NCBI GenBank assembly: GCA_963745035.1
Contig: CAVUVW010000010.1
Coordinates: forward strand, 1-64,000
Length of the DNA stretch: 64,000 nt
Direction of reading: 5' to 3'
DNA from: an uncultured delta proteobacterium
GTDB taxonomy: Bacteria > Desulfobacterota > Binatia > UBA9968
Below are positions 33,190 through 44,903 of the stretch, piece by piece. The notes below the pieces were generated by a model, which searched no databases, had not been told where the DNA came from, and saw nothing but the letters and a program-made list of their open reading frames with translations. The translations under genes were made by a program, and so were the position numbers. Position 1 is the first letter of the stretch. Every line of letters starts with the position of its first letter.

Positions 33190-34558
33190 ATGACGATGCA
33201 TCACCAGCTTGAAGCCTACGTCAAACAGAATCGCAAACGATTCGAAGATCTCCTCGGTCAGATGGTCAAGATTCCATCGATCAGTATGGATCCGGCCAAA
33301 GCAAATGACATGCGGCGCATGGCAACTCTTGCGAGGCAAGTATTGAGCGATGTCGGCGCCGAAGCGGAGATCGTGGAGACTGGCGGCTATCCCTTTGTGT
33401 CTGCTGGCTGGATGACTGGTGCACACTATCCTACGGTCACGGTCTATAACCATATGGATGTCCAGCCGGCACAAGAGCCAGAATGGCAACGGGATCCTTT
33501 TGCCTTCCAGAACGAGGGTGGCATCTATCGCGGCCGTGGAGCAACCGATGATAAGGGACCGGCGCTGTCGGCGTTGTTCGGTGCCCGTTTCGCGATCGAT
33601 CAAGGCGTGCCGATCAATATTCGCTTTCTCTGGGAGCTTGAAGAAGAGATCGGCAGTCCTCATTTTGCCGCCGGTCTCAAACAGCGAGCCGAGGTTCCCC
33701 GCCCCGATTCTGTGGTGGTCTCCGATACGATTTGGATTGCGAAAGGGCGTCCGGCCATGCCGTATGGATTGCGAGGATTGATTGGCGCGAGGCTGACCTT
33801 GAGAACCGGCAGCAAAGACGCCCATTCCGGGGTAACTGGTGGGGCCGCGAGAAATCCGTTAGCTGAATTGATGGAAGTTGCACAGGCTTGCGTCAATGCC
33901 AAAACAGGCGAAGTGAAAATCCCCGGCTTTTACAAGGACGTGATGAAGCCAACGAAAGAAGAGATCAAGAGCTTTCTCAAGTCAGGGTTTCAGGTCAAGC
34001 GCTTCAAAGCAGGCCTATGGATTCCACTCTCTCAGAACCGATGATCCGGCTGAAGTGATGCGCCGTATTTGGGCAGCTCCGACTTTCGAGATTCATGGCT
34101 TAACCGGCGGGTACAATGGGCCTGGCATCAAGACTGTGGTGCCGGGTCATGGCGAATTGAAGGTCAGCATGCGGCTCGTTCCGAACCAGACACCAGAGAA
34201 AGCCTTCGACCTGCTGAAGCGCTATGTGGCCAAGCTGAATCCGAACGTCAAAGTGGAAAGGGAAAGCATGCAACCTCCATTCAAAGGCAGTTTTGATGGG
34301 CCTTATGTCGAATGTGTGAAACGAGCGGCGAAGGCGGGATTCGGCAAAGAACCGGCTTTTATTCGTGAAGGGGGATCGATCGGTGCGGTCGTCACGATGC
34401 AGAAGGCCTGGAAAGTGCCGATTCTCTTTCTCGGCTTGAGTCTGCCCGAACATGGCTATCATGCACCGAACGAATACTTCGACTGGGGCCAAGCTTCAGG
34501 CGGAATGAAAGCGTTTGCGCATTATTTTTCGGAGCTCGCCAAAATGGAGAACCGTTAG
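33190..34558 (+). CDS. M20 family dipeptidase (frameshift near 34010)
   Basis: HMDVQP, GRGATDDKG, EEEIGS, HSG, HAPNE. Confidence 0.9.
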
Positions 34559-35507
34559 AAAAATTCATAATGGATAATGGAAAATTGATAATGGACACCT
34601 TCGACCAAATCTAGTGGGGCGGCAGCGGGCCCGTGCCGGCGATTTTTTTGAAAAGATCCACGTCTTGCGGATCGCGAGGAAGCTTCTTTAGGACTTCATC
34701 GAATTCATCCGGCGTGAGCGGGGAAGGCGCGTTTGGGTGGTTACCTGCGGCAACCCTACATCTTGGCGAGCAAGCCACTCCCGTGGCTGGCGATCACAGC
34801 ATCGAAGTTGTCGACCGCCGTGTTCACGTCCATGGCCCGGCGCGCTGTTCAGTCGACCACCGATCGATCGGGAAGAGCGACCGCTGGAGCCACTGGAACA
34901 TCCGCCATCCGACGGGGTCGAGGGCGAGCGTCGACGCTGCAAGCGCAGCGGCCTCGTCCGAGATCGGTCGCCCGTTCGGCGCTATCACGTGGACCTCAGC
35001 CACCCGTTCGGCCATCACGAACCATCCGACCGATTCCTCCACCGACCGGCCGACCGTGACCAGGCCGTGGTTGCGCAGGATGCAGAACTCCTTGTTGCCG
35101 AGCGCGCGCCGAAGATTGAGGGCTGGTCCAGTGTTAATCCTACCGCTTACCGATGTGGTAAGGTCCTGAATTCGCTTCCGGTATCTTCGGTTAATTCTCG
35201 ATCTTTTCCCTGATCGCCCTGCCATCGGGCCAACTCCTCGGCCAAACCGCCAAATGGCTCGCCGATCACCCGGCTCCTGCATTCCCCGAGCCGTCAAAAG
35301 CAACACCGGGATTTTCCTCGATCAGAAAGGCAATTGACAACTCTCCGGTCCGGCGTTACTGCTCGGGCAGAACAAAAAGCTGGTTTGAATTTCTTATGCA
35401 TACGCGAGATCATGCAGCGTGGCCAATTCACGCGGGTGATCGTCCCGCCCGCCGAGGCGCCGGCGCCCCTATCGGCATAAAATAAAAAATAGAAAGTTGG
35501 ATTTCAG

Positions 35508-37063
35508 TTGCCCCAACAGGACCGTCTCAACATTGCCGTCTTCATCGACTTCGACAACATCGAAATCGGCGTCAAATCGACGCTCGGAGAGAATTTCGAC
35601 ATCGGCGCTATCCTCGACGCCTTGAAGGAGCGGGGTGAGGTGGTCACCAAGATCGCCTATGCCGACTGGACGCGCGCGGGCGAGTACAGCCGCCATCTCA
35701 CGCAGCACGCCATCCGGCTGGTGCAGCGCAATCTGACGCCCGGCGGCGACAAGAACGGGGCGGACATCAACCTGCCCTCGACGCCCTCGAAATGGCGTTC
35801 ACGCACCCGCACATCAACGCGTACGTGATCGTGGGCGGCGACAGCGACTTCCTCTCGCTGGTCGAGAAGCTGAAGCAGTACGACAAGAAGGTCTTCGTCG
35901 TGGGCGGCCGCGCTTTCACGAGCATTATCCTGCAGCGCAACTGCCACGAGTTCATCGCGTACGAGAACCTCACGGGTGGCCGTCGCTCCGCGTTCAAGGG
36001 TGGTCGCCCGGTGGCGCCCGCAGCCTCCAGCCCGATCGCGCAGGCGTTCCCGATCGTGCGCCGCGCGCTGAAGATCCTGTCCGACCGCGAAGTGTCGCCA
36101 CAGACGGGGCTCCTGAAGAGCACCCTGCTCCAGCTCGACTCGACCTTCTCCGAACGCAACTACGGTGCGTCATCGTTCCACGACTTCGTCGAAAAGCTGG
36201 CTCAGGCCGGACTCGCGCAATTGAAGCACACTGGCCGGAGCGTGATGGTCGAATTGAACGAGCAGTTCGAAGAAGGCGATCAGTCGACGGCACCGGCGGC
36301 CAAGGCCGAGGCTGCGCCGGAGACGCGGCGGGAGGTCGTTCGACCGCCTTCTCCCGAGGCGGACGCCGTCGAGGCACCTGTCGTCGCGGCGGCGCCCGTC
36401 ACGCCGGCGGGTGACCAGGCTGATGGTGTTCGGCTTGTCGGGAAAATTCTGACGGCCGCGACGACCGCGCGGTGGCCGATATACCTGCGCAATGTCAAGC
36501 AGCTGTTGCGCGCAGCCGATGGTGGTTTCGACGAGCGCCGCTACGGGTTCCCCGGCCTGATCGATCTGTTGCGTGCCTGTCAGCGCGAGGGCCTCGTGCG
36601 GCTCGAACGAGATCGCCGCGGCGGCCTGCTCGTCTTCAAGGGGCCGGTCCTGCAGCAGACGGGGGCGACCCGGTCTGCGGTCCCGCAACGGGACCCGGGC
36701 GCAGCGGAGTCCGACGACGTCGTCGAATCGATGGACGCCGGTGCGCGCGAGCAGCTGGAGGAACTTAATCAAGGCGAGCCGGGCAATCGGCTGGAGCCGC
36801 AGGCGGAGGCCGTTGACGACGAAAGGCGTCGGAGATCGGGCCCATTCCCATCGACACGACCGCGGAACCCCTCGGGCGCGCCAAGCCGCGCCGTCCGCGC
36901 GCCCGCGTCGGGGCCGCCACCCCGGCCGCCGCTCGTAGCACGCGAAAGACGACGGCGCCGAACAAGCCCGCGCCCCGTCCAACCACCCGATCGCGGAAGA
37001 CCGTCCGCTCCGACTCCGGCGGCAAAAACGAGAGCTGACGCGCAGAGGAGAGGGTTCCGCTGA
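35508..37063 (+). CDS. NYN/LabA (PIN-like) protein with two LOTUS/OST-HTH domains (frameshifted)
   Basis: FIDFDN, KNGADI, GGDSDF, FSERNYG, FDERRYG. Confidence 0.88.
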
Positions 37064-37340
37064 GGGTCAGACTTTTACGTCTGGACGATCTTGCTCAGCC
37101 GGTCTCCCGTCCTGTCGTATCATCGGCTTGCAACCGATCGCTCGGCGGTGCGAGCGCGCAGGCCAGGAGGGTCTGGCCTGAGTATTGAGTTATGGTCGTC
37201 ACTACCAACTTCAGGATCGGACCTGTGCAAATTCTCGAATTGAAAATTTAGGCGTGTTCACTTCCATGCGCGCACGCGATAAATGCCGCCGCGGGACGCG
37301 GGGAAGGGCTCAATGCCCTGCTGGAAATCGGGCGCGCTGT

Positions 37341-38129
37341 TCAGTCGACCACCGAGCGATCGGGGACGAGCGACCGCTGGATCCACTGGAACATCCGCCA
37401 TCCGACGGAGTCATGGGCGAGTGTCGACGCCGCAGCCGCAGCAGCCTCGTCGGAGATCGGTCGTGCGTTCGGCGCTTTCACGTGGACCTCGGCCACCCGC
37501 TCGGCCATCACGAACCATCCGACCGATTCCTCCACCGACCGGCCGACCGTGAGCAGGCCGTGGTTGCGCAGGATGCAGAACTTCCTGTTGCCGAGTGCGG
37601 CGGCGATGCGCTTGCCGCCATCGATCGAAAGCACCTCCACCTCCTCATCGTCGAAGAGGGCCTGGTCGAACACGAAGGCGCACGCCTCCTGACTGAGCGC
37701 GCGAAACGGCTCGACGTTGGCCGACCATGGCGTGCCGAAGGCGGTGTGGGTGTGAGATGCGCTCACGACATCGGGACGGGCAGCGAGCAGCGGATGGTGA
37801 ATATAGTAACCGGCCGTGTTGACGGCACCGGTCGCGTTGCCGTCGGCATCTTTCACTTCGCCACCGGGCCCGACCAGCACCAACTGGTGGACCGTCGCCT
37901 CGGCGAATGGGACACCCCAGTCGAGCAGCCAGAAGTGGTCGGTCAACTCGGGGTCACGGGCGGATACGTGGCCGTCGCCGAGCATCCCCCACCGCATCGC
38001 GCCGAAGATGCGGTATCCAAGCGCACACATCCGTTTGCGATGCGCCCGTTCGTCGGCAACCGAACGGACGGTGCCGTAGGGCTCGACCCCGTCGAACGGT
38101 GGATAGGGACTCGATGTCATGTCGTCCAT
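37341..38129 (-). CDS. Class II aldolase/adducin family protein
   Basis: GHVSARDP, HTHT, ILRNHGLLTVG. Confidence 0.93.
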   Translation of the reverse strand: MDDMTSSPYPPFDGVEPYGTVRSVADERAHRKRMCALGYRIFGAMRWGMLGDGHVSARDPELTDHFWLLDWGVPFAEATVHQLVLVGPGGEVKDADGNATGAVNTAGYYIHHPLLAARPDVVSASHTHTAFGTPWSANVEPFRALSQEACAFVFDQALFDDEEVEVLSIDGGKRIAAALGNRKFCILRNHGLLTVGRSVEESVGWFVMAERVAEVHVKAPNARPISDEAAAAAASTLAHDSVGWRMFQWIQRSLVPDRSVVD

Positions 38130-38157
38130 GATACCTCGCGCAATTCAGTCGGATGTA

Positions 38158-38976
38158 CAGGCTGTTGAAAAAGGCCCACCTGCTTCGTCAATGCGCTCGA
38201 TCATCTCATCGGGATCGGAGTACTGGAGTGACGAGAGTGGTGGAGTGATGGGTTTAAGACGCAATACTCCAGTACTCCATTACTCCAACAGTGTAGCAAT
38301 CCTTTTGTGGGTCATAGATAAAGTCCTCTTTAGTAAACAGTCCGCGCTTAAGGTTCGATGAATTATTGGGCTTAGGCACGTAAACCGTCATCCCGGACTG
38401 CTCGCAGGCTTTTACTTCTTCCCCGTTGTAGTAACCTCGGTCGGCCACTACCTGTAGAGTCTGTACGCCGAGCGTCTCTTGGGCCTTCTTTGCCATGGGT
38501 GGACAGTTGCCGTTAGCCGGTAACTTCGTTGGTGACCTCGTGCTCCACCACCAGCTTGTGCTTGTGATCCACCACGATCTGCACGTTGTAGCTGACCTCC
38601 ACCCCGTGCCCTACACGCATCGAGCGGCTCTGCGGATCTGTCAATGATATTTGACTCTCTACACTGCCTTCCAGATCGGTCTTCAGCTGCTCATACTGCG
38701 CTAGGCGCTGCTTGTATTGTTCGATCTTGTCCTGGAGTTGTTCTGGACTCACACCCCGTTGCCCGGCTACCTGCTGATCCTCTTGGTCCAATTCCTTAAG
38801 ATACTGATCGATCTTACCGTCGATCTCTTCTATCATCCGCCTAAGCTTTTTTTCTGTGAAGTTGCGCTTGGGACTATTCACGGCTCCAAATTTGCTGCCG
38901 TCCTCCATTTTGTTCGCGCGCCTCGCATCTAGACTTTTTTGAACAGCCTGGAATCAGGGTTCTTCAACAGACTGTT
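38158..38976. mobile_element. MITE halves enclosing IS1182-like transposase fragments
   Basis: caggctgttgaaaaaggcccacctgcttcgt ... gcctcgcatctagactttttgaacagcctg...ttcaacagactg. Confidence 0.7.
38290..38905 (-). pseudogene. IS1182-family transposase fragment
   Basis: DGSKF, SLTDPQSRSM, YNVQIVVD, VADRGYY. Confidence 0.85.
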
Positions 38977-38997
38977 TACTTTGCTATTGCTTGCCGG

Positions 38998-39429
38998 TTA
39001 GGTGAGCACCACCAGCGAAAATGAGCGCCGACTCTGGAGCAACGTGAAATCGTCGCGGTTCCTAGTGTACAAGGTTGCGCCGAGGGAGCGGGCGCTGAGC
39101 GCCAGCAAGCAGTCGTTCACCAATGTCGGTAGTTTGCTTTTAAGGTTCGGTCTGGAGTGTAGTATCTCCGCCAAAATGGCTCCGGCATCTTTCCAATGGT
39201 TATGATCGGGCGTCACGATACGACCGACTTTCTCGAACGGTTGGAATAAGGTATCTACACGCTTTCTACCGGCGGGCGACTGGGCGCCGGCGAGCAATTC
39301 CTGAGCTACGATGGAGCTGAAGTAGATTCCTGGAGCCTCTTTGTCATAGAGCTCTCGGATGAAAGGAAGGGTTGTCCCGCTTTGGATGAGATCGATATAA
39401 AGATCCGTATCGATCAGATGCTTAGCCAC
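38998..39429 (-). CDS. vapC: VapC PIN-domain toxin
   Basis: LIDTDLYID, QELLAG, NDCLLA, TRNRDDF. Confidence 0.9.
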   Translation of the reverse strand: MAKHLIDTDLYIDLIQSGTTLPFIRELYDKEAPGIYFSSIVAQELLAGAQSPAGRKRVDTLFQPFEKVGRIVTPDHNHWKDAGAILAEILHSRPNLKSKLPTLVNDCLLALSARSLGATLYTRNRDDFTLLQSRRSFSLVVLT

Positions 39430-39620
39430 TAAAAAACCTTTTCTACACCGCCTTTGCCAGCGACTTTTTCCAATGATCTGAGAATGTCTTTTCGGAAAAC
39501 TACCAGGTCTAAAGCAGCATCAATTGCCTCGGTTTCGGTCTTCGCGCCCAGAATTGATCTGACTCGCCGAATCTTTTTTTCGTCCAGATAGTAGTTTTTC
39601 CGCTTAAGGTTTGTTTTCAT
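39429..39620 (-). CDS. VapB-like antitoxin
   Basis: 63 aa, coupled upstream of VapC, KTETEAIDAAL. Confidence 0.75.
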   Translation of the reverse strand: MKTNLKRKNYYLDEKKIRRVRSILGAKTETEAIDAALDLVVFRKDILRSLEKVAGKGGVEKVF

Positions 39621-39823
39621 GATAATCCCAGATACAGACGATTACTTATTTTATACGTATCAACTTAGAGGTCAAGGCTGCCCGAAGAAGCCGATGGACG
39701 AATCCGTCAAGCCGACGCTTTTTTCAATGGATCGAATTGGGCTAATAGGTCGCATCTTTGCTTTCAGCGTTTGATTGCCTTTCGAAATTAAAGGCGCGGT
39801 CCCGGCTCGCCGGTAAAGTTCGT

Positions 39824-41290
39824 CTATGCGGTCGCAGCGGGCGATGCCCTTTCCAGGCCCAACTCATCGGCAACCGCTTGCTCGACAACGGTACCCTTGA
39901 AGAAGCCCGTATTGTTGCGCGTGTGCAGCATTGCGGCATTGGTGAACGTGAACTCGCGAAAATCCTGTTCGGTGACGAAGCCCTTCTCAACCATCTCAAA
40001 CGCTTCGGGTATGACATCCGCAAAGTCGGGGACGTCAAAGTGCGTGAAGTCGGAGCTGAACACCGGCCGCAGCCGAAAGCCCATCCGGGGATCGAAGGCC
40101 CATAGGGTCGTTCTGTCGTCGGCCTCGCAACCGAAATAAAAGTTGGTGGATAATGCCGCTCGGATATCGTCTTTTGACTCGATGCCTGCCGCCGCGAAAT
40201 CGTCGGCGATAAACTCCGGCCGCGCGAGTTCTTCGACGCTGCATTCCGGCCGCAAAAAGTCCAGGCTGTTCATGATCGCGTCGGCATTGGCTTTCACTCT
40301 CGCGTCGCCATACCGGGCGATAAATTGATGCATCTCGGCGATGCTGGTGGCGTGGGGGTTTTGCAGGCCGGCAGGGCGGCGCTTTTCCCAGTGTTCGATC
40401 AGGTCGGCGCACAACTGACAGGCCCAACTGACGCCGCCTTCCATGAAGCCGAAATTGAGGCTCGGGTAGCGCCGCAACAGACCGCCCAGGAAAACGCCCT
40501 TCGCGAAGGCGTGATTCGATGCGGCGAAGTGGCCGATATGGTTGTAGGTGAAGTTGCTGATGGAACTGCGATCCGGCCAACGGCCGCTGCCCGAGTGTTG
40601 GGTTACGGCGACGCCAAGATCAACGCAGCGCTGCCAGAATGGATCGTAATCAAGCGGGCTGTCGAGGGCGACGGTATCGACGTACCACGCGGCTTTCTTC
40701 GCATCGATGCCTTCCGCTGCACTCGGGATAGGACGCTCCTGGTTTCCCTTGAGCATGATCGCTCGGTAGCCCAGCTTGCCGACGGCGTATTCGAGTTCCT
40801 CGATCGCTTCCTCCGGCGTATGCATGGGAATAATCGCCACCGGGGCAAATCTTGCGGCATAGGGCGCGAACATGTCGACCGTCATCTTATTGTAGGCACG
40901 GGCGGCGGCCCGGCGCAGGTCATCCTGAGCAACGCCGTTGAATGCGAGCCCAAGGCTCGGATAGATCAACGCGAAGTCGATGCCCAACTCCGGCAATCGT
41001 TCGTTCAACAAAGCCGGCAGCAGCGCAGTGGCCTTGTCGAGGGTCTTGCTGGTGACGCCCCACCAGTTGCTTCGCCTGGTGCGATCGTGCTGGCGCTGCG
41101 ACCAGGTGGAGCGGTACCACGCGTGAGTGCGCTGCCAGAGCGCTCTCATCCGGTCGACCGATTGAGTGCCGCCCACTTCACGCAAGTACTCGAGAAAGAC
41201 CGGCACCGGTTCCAACCAGTGGCCGTCGCCGTCGATCACGGGGTGTTTCAGGCCGGCGTGTATTTCAGCGGCGCGATTACTCACCGTCAC
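39824..41290 (-). CDS. Amidohydrolase family protein
   Basis: IDGDGH, FMEGG, SSDFTHFD. Confidence 0.9.
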   Translation of the reverse strand: MTVSNRAAEIHAGLKHPVIDGDGHWLEPVPVFLEYLREVGGTQSVDRMRALWQRTHAWYRSTWSQRQHDRTRRSNWWGVTSKTLDKATALLPALLNERLPELGIDFALIYPSLGLAFNGVAQDDLRRAAARAYNKMTVDMFAPYAARFAPVAIIPMHTPEEAIEELEYAVGKLGYRAIMLKGNQERPIPSAAEGIDAKKAAWYVDTVALDSPLDYDPFWQRCVDLGVAVTQHSGSGRWPDRSSISNFTYNHIGHFAASNHAFAKGVFLGGLLRRYPSLNFGFMEGGVSWACQLCADLIEHWEKRRPAGLQNPHATSIAEMHQFIARYGDARVKANADAIMNSLDFLRPECSVEELARPEFIADDFAAAGIESKDDIRAALSTNFYFGCEADDRTTLWAFDPRMGFRLRPVFSSDFTHFDVPDFADVIPEAFEMVEKGFVTEQDFREFTFTNAAMLHTRNNTGFFKGTVVEQAVADELGLERASPAATA

Positions 41291-41320
41291 GGCTCCTCTG
41301 TCGCGCGCAAAATTTGAGGC

Positions 41321-41872
41321 TTAGGCGGCGCCGCGAAAGTTGGGGCGCTTCTCTACCACCATGGTGCCTGCTTCGCTGTTGTAGCGGCCGCGCGCGATGT
41401 TTTCTAGATTCGTGCCGGTGACACGGATGAAACGCGCGCCGGCGGGATAGGCGATGGAATGGATGGCGCGGTTCTGGAAGATACCCGACTTGCCGCGCTC
41501 CATACGATAGGTCTTTACCTTTTCTATTGTCGCTTTGCCGGGAACCGAGCCGTCATCCGTACGCTTCCACTCGCTCATTTCGGTATGTTTGACCGCCTGG
41601 CCGTAGATGGCCCACGAATCACCGTGATCGTGCGGCCCGCCGGCATAGTCCCGGTCCATGACATGCGCCAAGATCTGGAAGCCCAGCTCCGGGTCCTCGT
41701 AGAGTAGATTGGCGCCGACGGCGGCGTTCGGCCCGCAATGGGCGGCGACGAAATCGTCGTTCATCAGCAAGTCCGGCAATTTTTTTCGCACCGTCTCGCG
41801 CCCCGCCGGACCCGGGTCGGCCTCGAGGATGCGGCGGCAGTCGGCGGCAAACTCATCGAGCGTGTAAGCCAT
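41321..41872 (-). CDS. Cysteine dioxygenase-like cupin
   Basis: PHDHGDSWAIYG, AIHSI. Confidence 0.75.
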   Translation of the reverse strand: MAYTLDEFAADCRRILEADPGPAGRETVRKKLPDLLMNDDFVAAHCGPNAAVGANLLYEDPELGFQILAHVMDRDYAGGPHDHGDSWAIYGQAVKHTEMSEWKRTDDGSVPGKATIEKVKTYRMERGKSGIFQNRAIHSIAYPAGARFIRVTGTNLENIARGRYNSEAGTMVVEKRPNFRGAA

Positions 41873-41935
41873 GCTATTTCTCCTGACGCAGTGGAAATTC
41901 AATCCATTTTTTGACGCGGGCTGCTAGTGATTGAC

Positions 41936-43456
41936 TTAGCTTTTGATTTTCATGTCCGCGGCAAGAATCTTACCGTCCGGCGAGCCCTTCCAGATGACGT
42001 TGCGCTGCACACCGTAAAGTTCCGCAAGCGTATAGAGCGGCGCGAACGGGACGTCTTCCATGAGAATGCGGCCGGCCTGATGCAGAATCGCGACGCGCTT
42101 CTTCTGGTCGCCGGTTCGCTGCTCCTCGTCGATGAGCTTGTCGAATTCCGGATTGTTGTAGTTGATGCGCTTGGAACCGCCGGTGCGGAAGTATTGCTCG
42201 AAATAGACATCGGCGTCGCTGCCGTTGCTGCCGGCGTAGTAGAACGGCAGCTTGCCGCCGTTGACGCCGTCCTTCCCCCAGTAGATGGCGTACTCCTGCG
42301 GCACCAGCTCGACTTTGATGCCGACTTTGCCCAGTTGATCGGCGATCACTTCGCAGACCTCCTTGCCTTTGAGGTGGCGGTCCGGGGCCAAATAAAGTTT
42401 GACCTCGAGTCCGTTCGGGTAACCGGCCTGGGTGAGCAGTTCGCGCGCTTTCTTCGGATCGTAAGGATAGCGCTTGATTTTCGGATCGAAGCCGACCCAA
42501 TTCGATCCCAGCGGGCCATTCACCACCGCGCCGTGGCCGTCGTAGATGTGCTTCAACATGACATGGGGATCGAGCGCATAGTTGATCGCCTGGCGCAGAA
42601 GCTTGTTGTCGAAGGGTTTCATCTGCACATTCATGCCGAGAAAGTACATGCGAAAGCCGACTACCTTTTGGATCCGAACGCGCGGATGCTTGGCGATGCG
42701 GTCGACATCTTCGATGGGCACGTTGCTGATCAGATCGGCCTGCCCGGCCAGCAGGCCGGCCACCCGCGCCGCTTCTTCCTTGACGCCTTTGATGATGACC
42801 TCGCGGATCTGCGGCTTGGCCCCCCAGTATTCGTCGTTGCGCCGCAGAACCAGGTTGCCGCCGCGCTGCCAGCTCACGTATTTGTACGGCCCGGTGCCGG
42901 CCGTGGCCTTGTCCAGATCGTCGCCGTATTCCTTCGAGAGAATAAACCGGGTCTCCAGTCGGGTCAGCAACAGCGCATTGGGACTCTTGGTCGTAAGCAC
43001 CACCGTGTAATCGTCGGGCGTCTCGACCTCGACGCCTTGCACATAGGCGCCCTGCAGGCTGCGCTTGTCATTTTGCAGTTTGTCGATGGAGTAGGCGACG
43101 TCTTTCGAGGTAAGCGGCGCGCCGTTGTGAAAGCGCACGCCTTTGCGTAAATGAAAAATCCACTTGCGGCCCTGAAACTCCCACGACTGAGCCAGCACGC
43201 CGACGTATTCGTTGCGGTCGTAGTCCATCTGGATCAGCGGTTCGATGATGTGGCGCCAGATGCCCGTGATTCCGCCGCCGCTGTAGCCGTAGGGATGGAG
43301 CGAGTCGAGACCGACGCCTTGATAAATAGCGACGCGATCTTTGGTTGCCGCCGACGCCTTCGACGCCAAAGCGGGCGTGAAAAGTGTTCCCAATCCCAGA
43401 GCCGCGCTCTGTTGCAGGAACCGGCGCCGATGGATTGCCGCACTGTATTTACGCAT
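41936..43456 (-). CDS. Peptide/nickel ABC substrate-binding protein (Tat signal)
   Basis: RRRFLQ, LRKGVRFHNG, GTGPYK, PFDNKLLRQAINYA. Confidence 0.93.
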   Translation of the reverse strand: MRKYSAAIHRRRFLQQSAALGLGTLFTPALASKASAATKDRVAIYQGVGLDSLHPYGYSGGGITGIWRHIIEPLIQMDYDRNEYVGVLAQSWEFQGRKWIFHLRKGVRFHNGAPLTSKDVAYSIDKLQNDKRSLQGAYVQGVEVETPDDYTVVLTTKSPNALLLTRLETRFILSKEYGDDLDKATAGTGPYKYVSWQRGGNLVLRRNDEYWGAKPQIREVIIKGVKEEAARVAGLLAGQADLISNVPIEDVDRIAKHPRVRIQKVVGFRMYFLGMNVQMKPFDNKLLRQAINYALDPHVMLKHIYDGHGAVVNGPLGSNWVGFDPKIKRYPYDPKKARELLTQAGYPNGLEVKLYLAPDRHLKGKEVCEVIADQLGKVGIKVELVPQEYAIYWGKDGVNGGKLPFYYAGSNGSDADVYFEQYFRTGGSKRINYNNPEFDKLIDEEQRTGDQKKRVAILHQAGRILMEDVPFAPLYTLAELYGVQRNVIWKGSPDGKILAADMKIKS

Positions 43457-43634
43457 TAAAGTTCTCCCGCGCTGAATTGAGCCCGTTATATTCAGCCTGC
43501 GGCGAACCTGTCAACGAAATTCTCTGAAGCGGCAAGCGTTGTGAATGACATCGCGAGCGGCGCCCGCGTTCGTGGATTGCGCTTGGGGAATCCACTTTGC
43601 CGCGAGCGGTCCGAGTGGTTGCCTGACGGCAACC

Positions 43635-44903
43635 CTACGCCTTGGCGACCAAGCTGTTCCCGTGACTCGCGATCATCGCGTCGAAGTTGTCGACCGCCGT
43701 GTTCACGTCCATGGCGCGCACGCGATAGATGTCACCGTGGGATGCGGGGAAGGGCTCGATGCCCTGCTGGAGCTCACGGGCCAGATTCAGCAATCGCTTG
43801 CGCGCCGTGATGATCGCGAGGTCGCTGGTGCCGAGGTGCTCCTTGCGGCGGTCGTAGATGGGCCCCATGCTTTCCTGAATCGCGCGATCCTGATCGTTGA
43901 CGCCCCAGATGCCGGTGTAGGTCGTAGTGCGCTGGATCTCGCGATCGAGCAGGTAGTCGTTCTCCATGTTGCGCTTCGGGATGAACGTGCCGGGGATCAA
44001 CTCAGGCGGAAACGCGCGACCCGTGCGGCGTATTGCGAGGTCTTCGTCGATCAGCGGCCGATCCGGGTGGTAGGAAATATAAAAGGTCATGGTGCGATTG
44101 TCGTCGACCGGAATCCAGGCTCGTCCGCCGGCCGGGAAGCGCATGAACGGAATCAGGCTATAGGTCGGGAGCAGCGCCTGGGTCACCCGCCAGTTGTAGG
44201 TTCCTTCGCCTACTATGCGACGGGCGCCGTAGCGGAAGCCGTAGTCGGTGTCGTTCACGACGATCTTGGGTGCCCCGTCCCGCGCTTTCAGCCTGGGATC
44301 GATGGTGGTGCCCTCACTCGGGGAAGCCGCCGGGTTCAGGTAGGTGTGCAGGAACGAGGCGTGGGAGCTGTCGATGTCGCCCTCGTACCCCTGGAGATAG
44401 TTGGTTTCCTGGTACCACTTCGACACCGAGCGGTGGCTATCGGGGACTTGGGTCCACTCCAATTGAGGCAGCTCTGCGCGGAGATGTTGGGGCCCCATGT
44501 AAACCCAAATCAGGCCGCCGTGGACGGCCGTCGGGTAAGCCGTGATGTGAATCTTGTCTTTGAAGTTGCTTTCGGCGGGTTCGGACGGCATGTCGACGCA
44601 GTTGCCGTCGACATCAAATTTCCAGCCATGATAGACACAGCGAATGCCGCACTCCTCGTTGCGCCCGAAGTAGAGGGACGCGCCGCGGTGCGGGCAGTGA
44701 GCCTCGACGACCCCGATTTTGTTATTTGAGTCGCGAAAGGCGACCAGATCCTCACCGAGCAGGCGCAGGCGCACGGGCGGGCAATCCGCTTTGGGCAACT
44801 CGTCGGCCAGCATCGCCGGCAGCCAGAATCGCCGAAATAGCTCGCCCATGGGCGTTCCCGGCCCGACACGGCACGCGAATTCGTTGTCTTCTTTGCTTAA
44901 CAC
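43635..44903 (-). CDS. Rieske oxygenase (phthalate 4,5-dioxygenase-like)
   Basis: CPHRGASL, CVYHGWKF, DSSHASFLH, QDRAIQES. Confidence 0.94.
   Translation of the reverse strand: MLSKEDNEFACRVGPGTPMGELFRRFWLPAMLADELPKADCPPVRLRLLGEDLVAFRDSNNKIGVVEAHCPHRGASLYFGRNEECGIRCVYHGWKFDVDGNCVDMPSEPAESNFKDKIHITAYPTAVHGGLIWVYMGPQHLRAELPQLEWTQVPDSHRSVSKWYQETNYLQGYEGDIDSSHASFLHTYLNPAASPSEGTTIDPRLKARDGAPKIVVNDTDYGFRYGARRIVGEGTYNWRVTQALLPTYSLIPFMRFPAGGRAWIPVDDNRTMTFYISYHPDRPLIDEDLAIRRTGRAFPPELIPGTFIPKRNMENDYLLDREIQRTTTYTGIWGVNDQDRAIQESMGPIYDRRKEHLGTSDLAIITARKRLLNLARELQQGIEPFPASHGDIYRVRAMDVNTAVDNFDAMIASHGNSLVAKA

Noticed and set aside
19866-38129. Diversity-generating retroelement TR/VR pairs
   Set aside because: No RT or Avd gene in the window, and differences between copies include non-adenine changes and indels.
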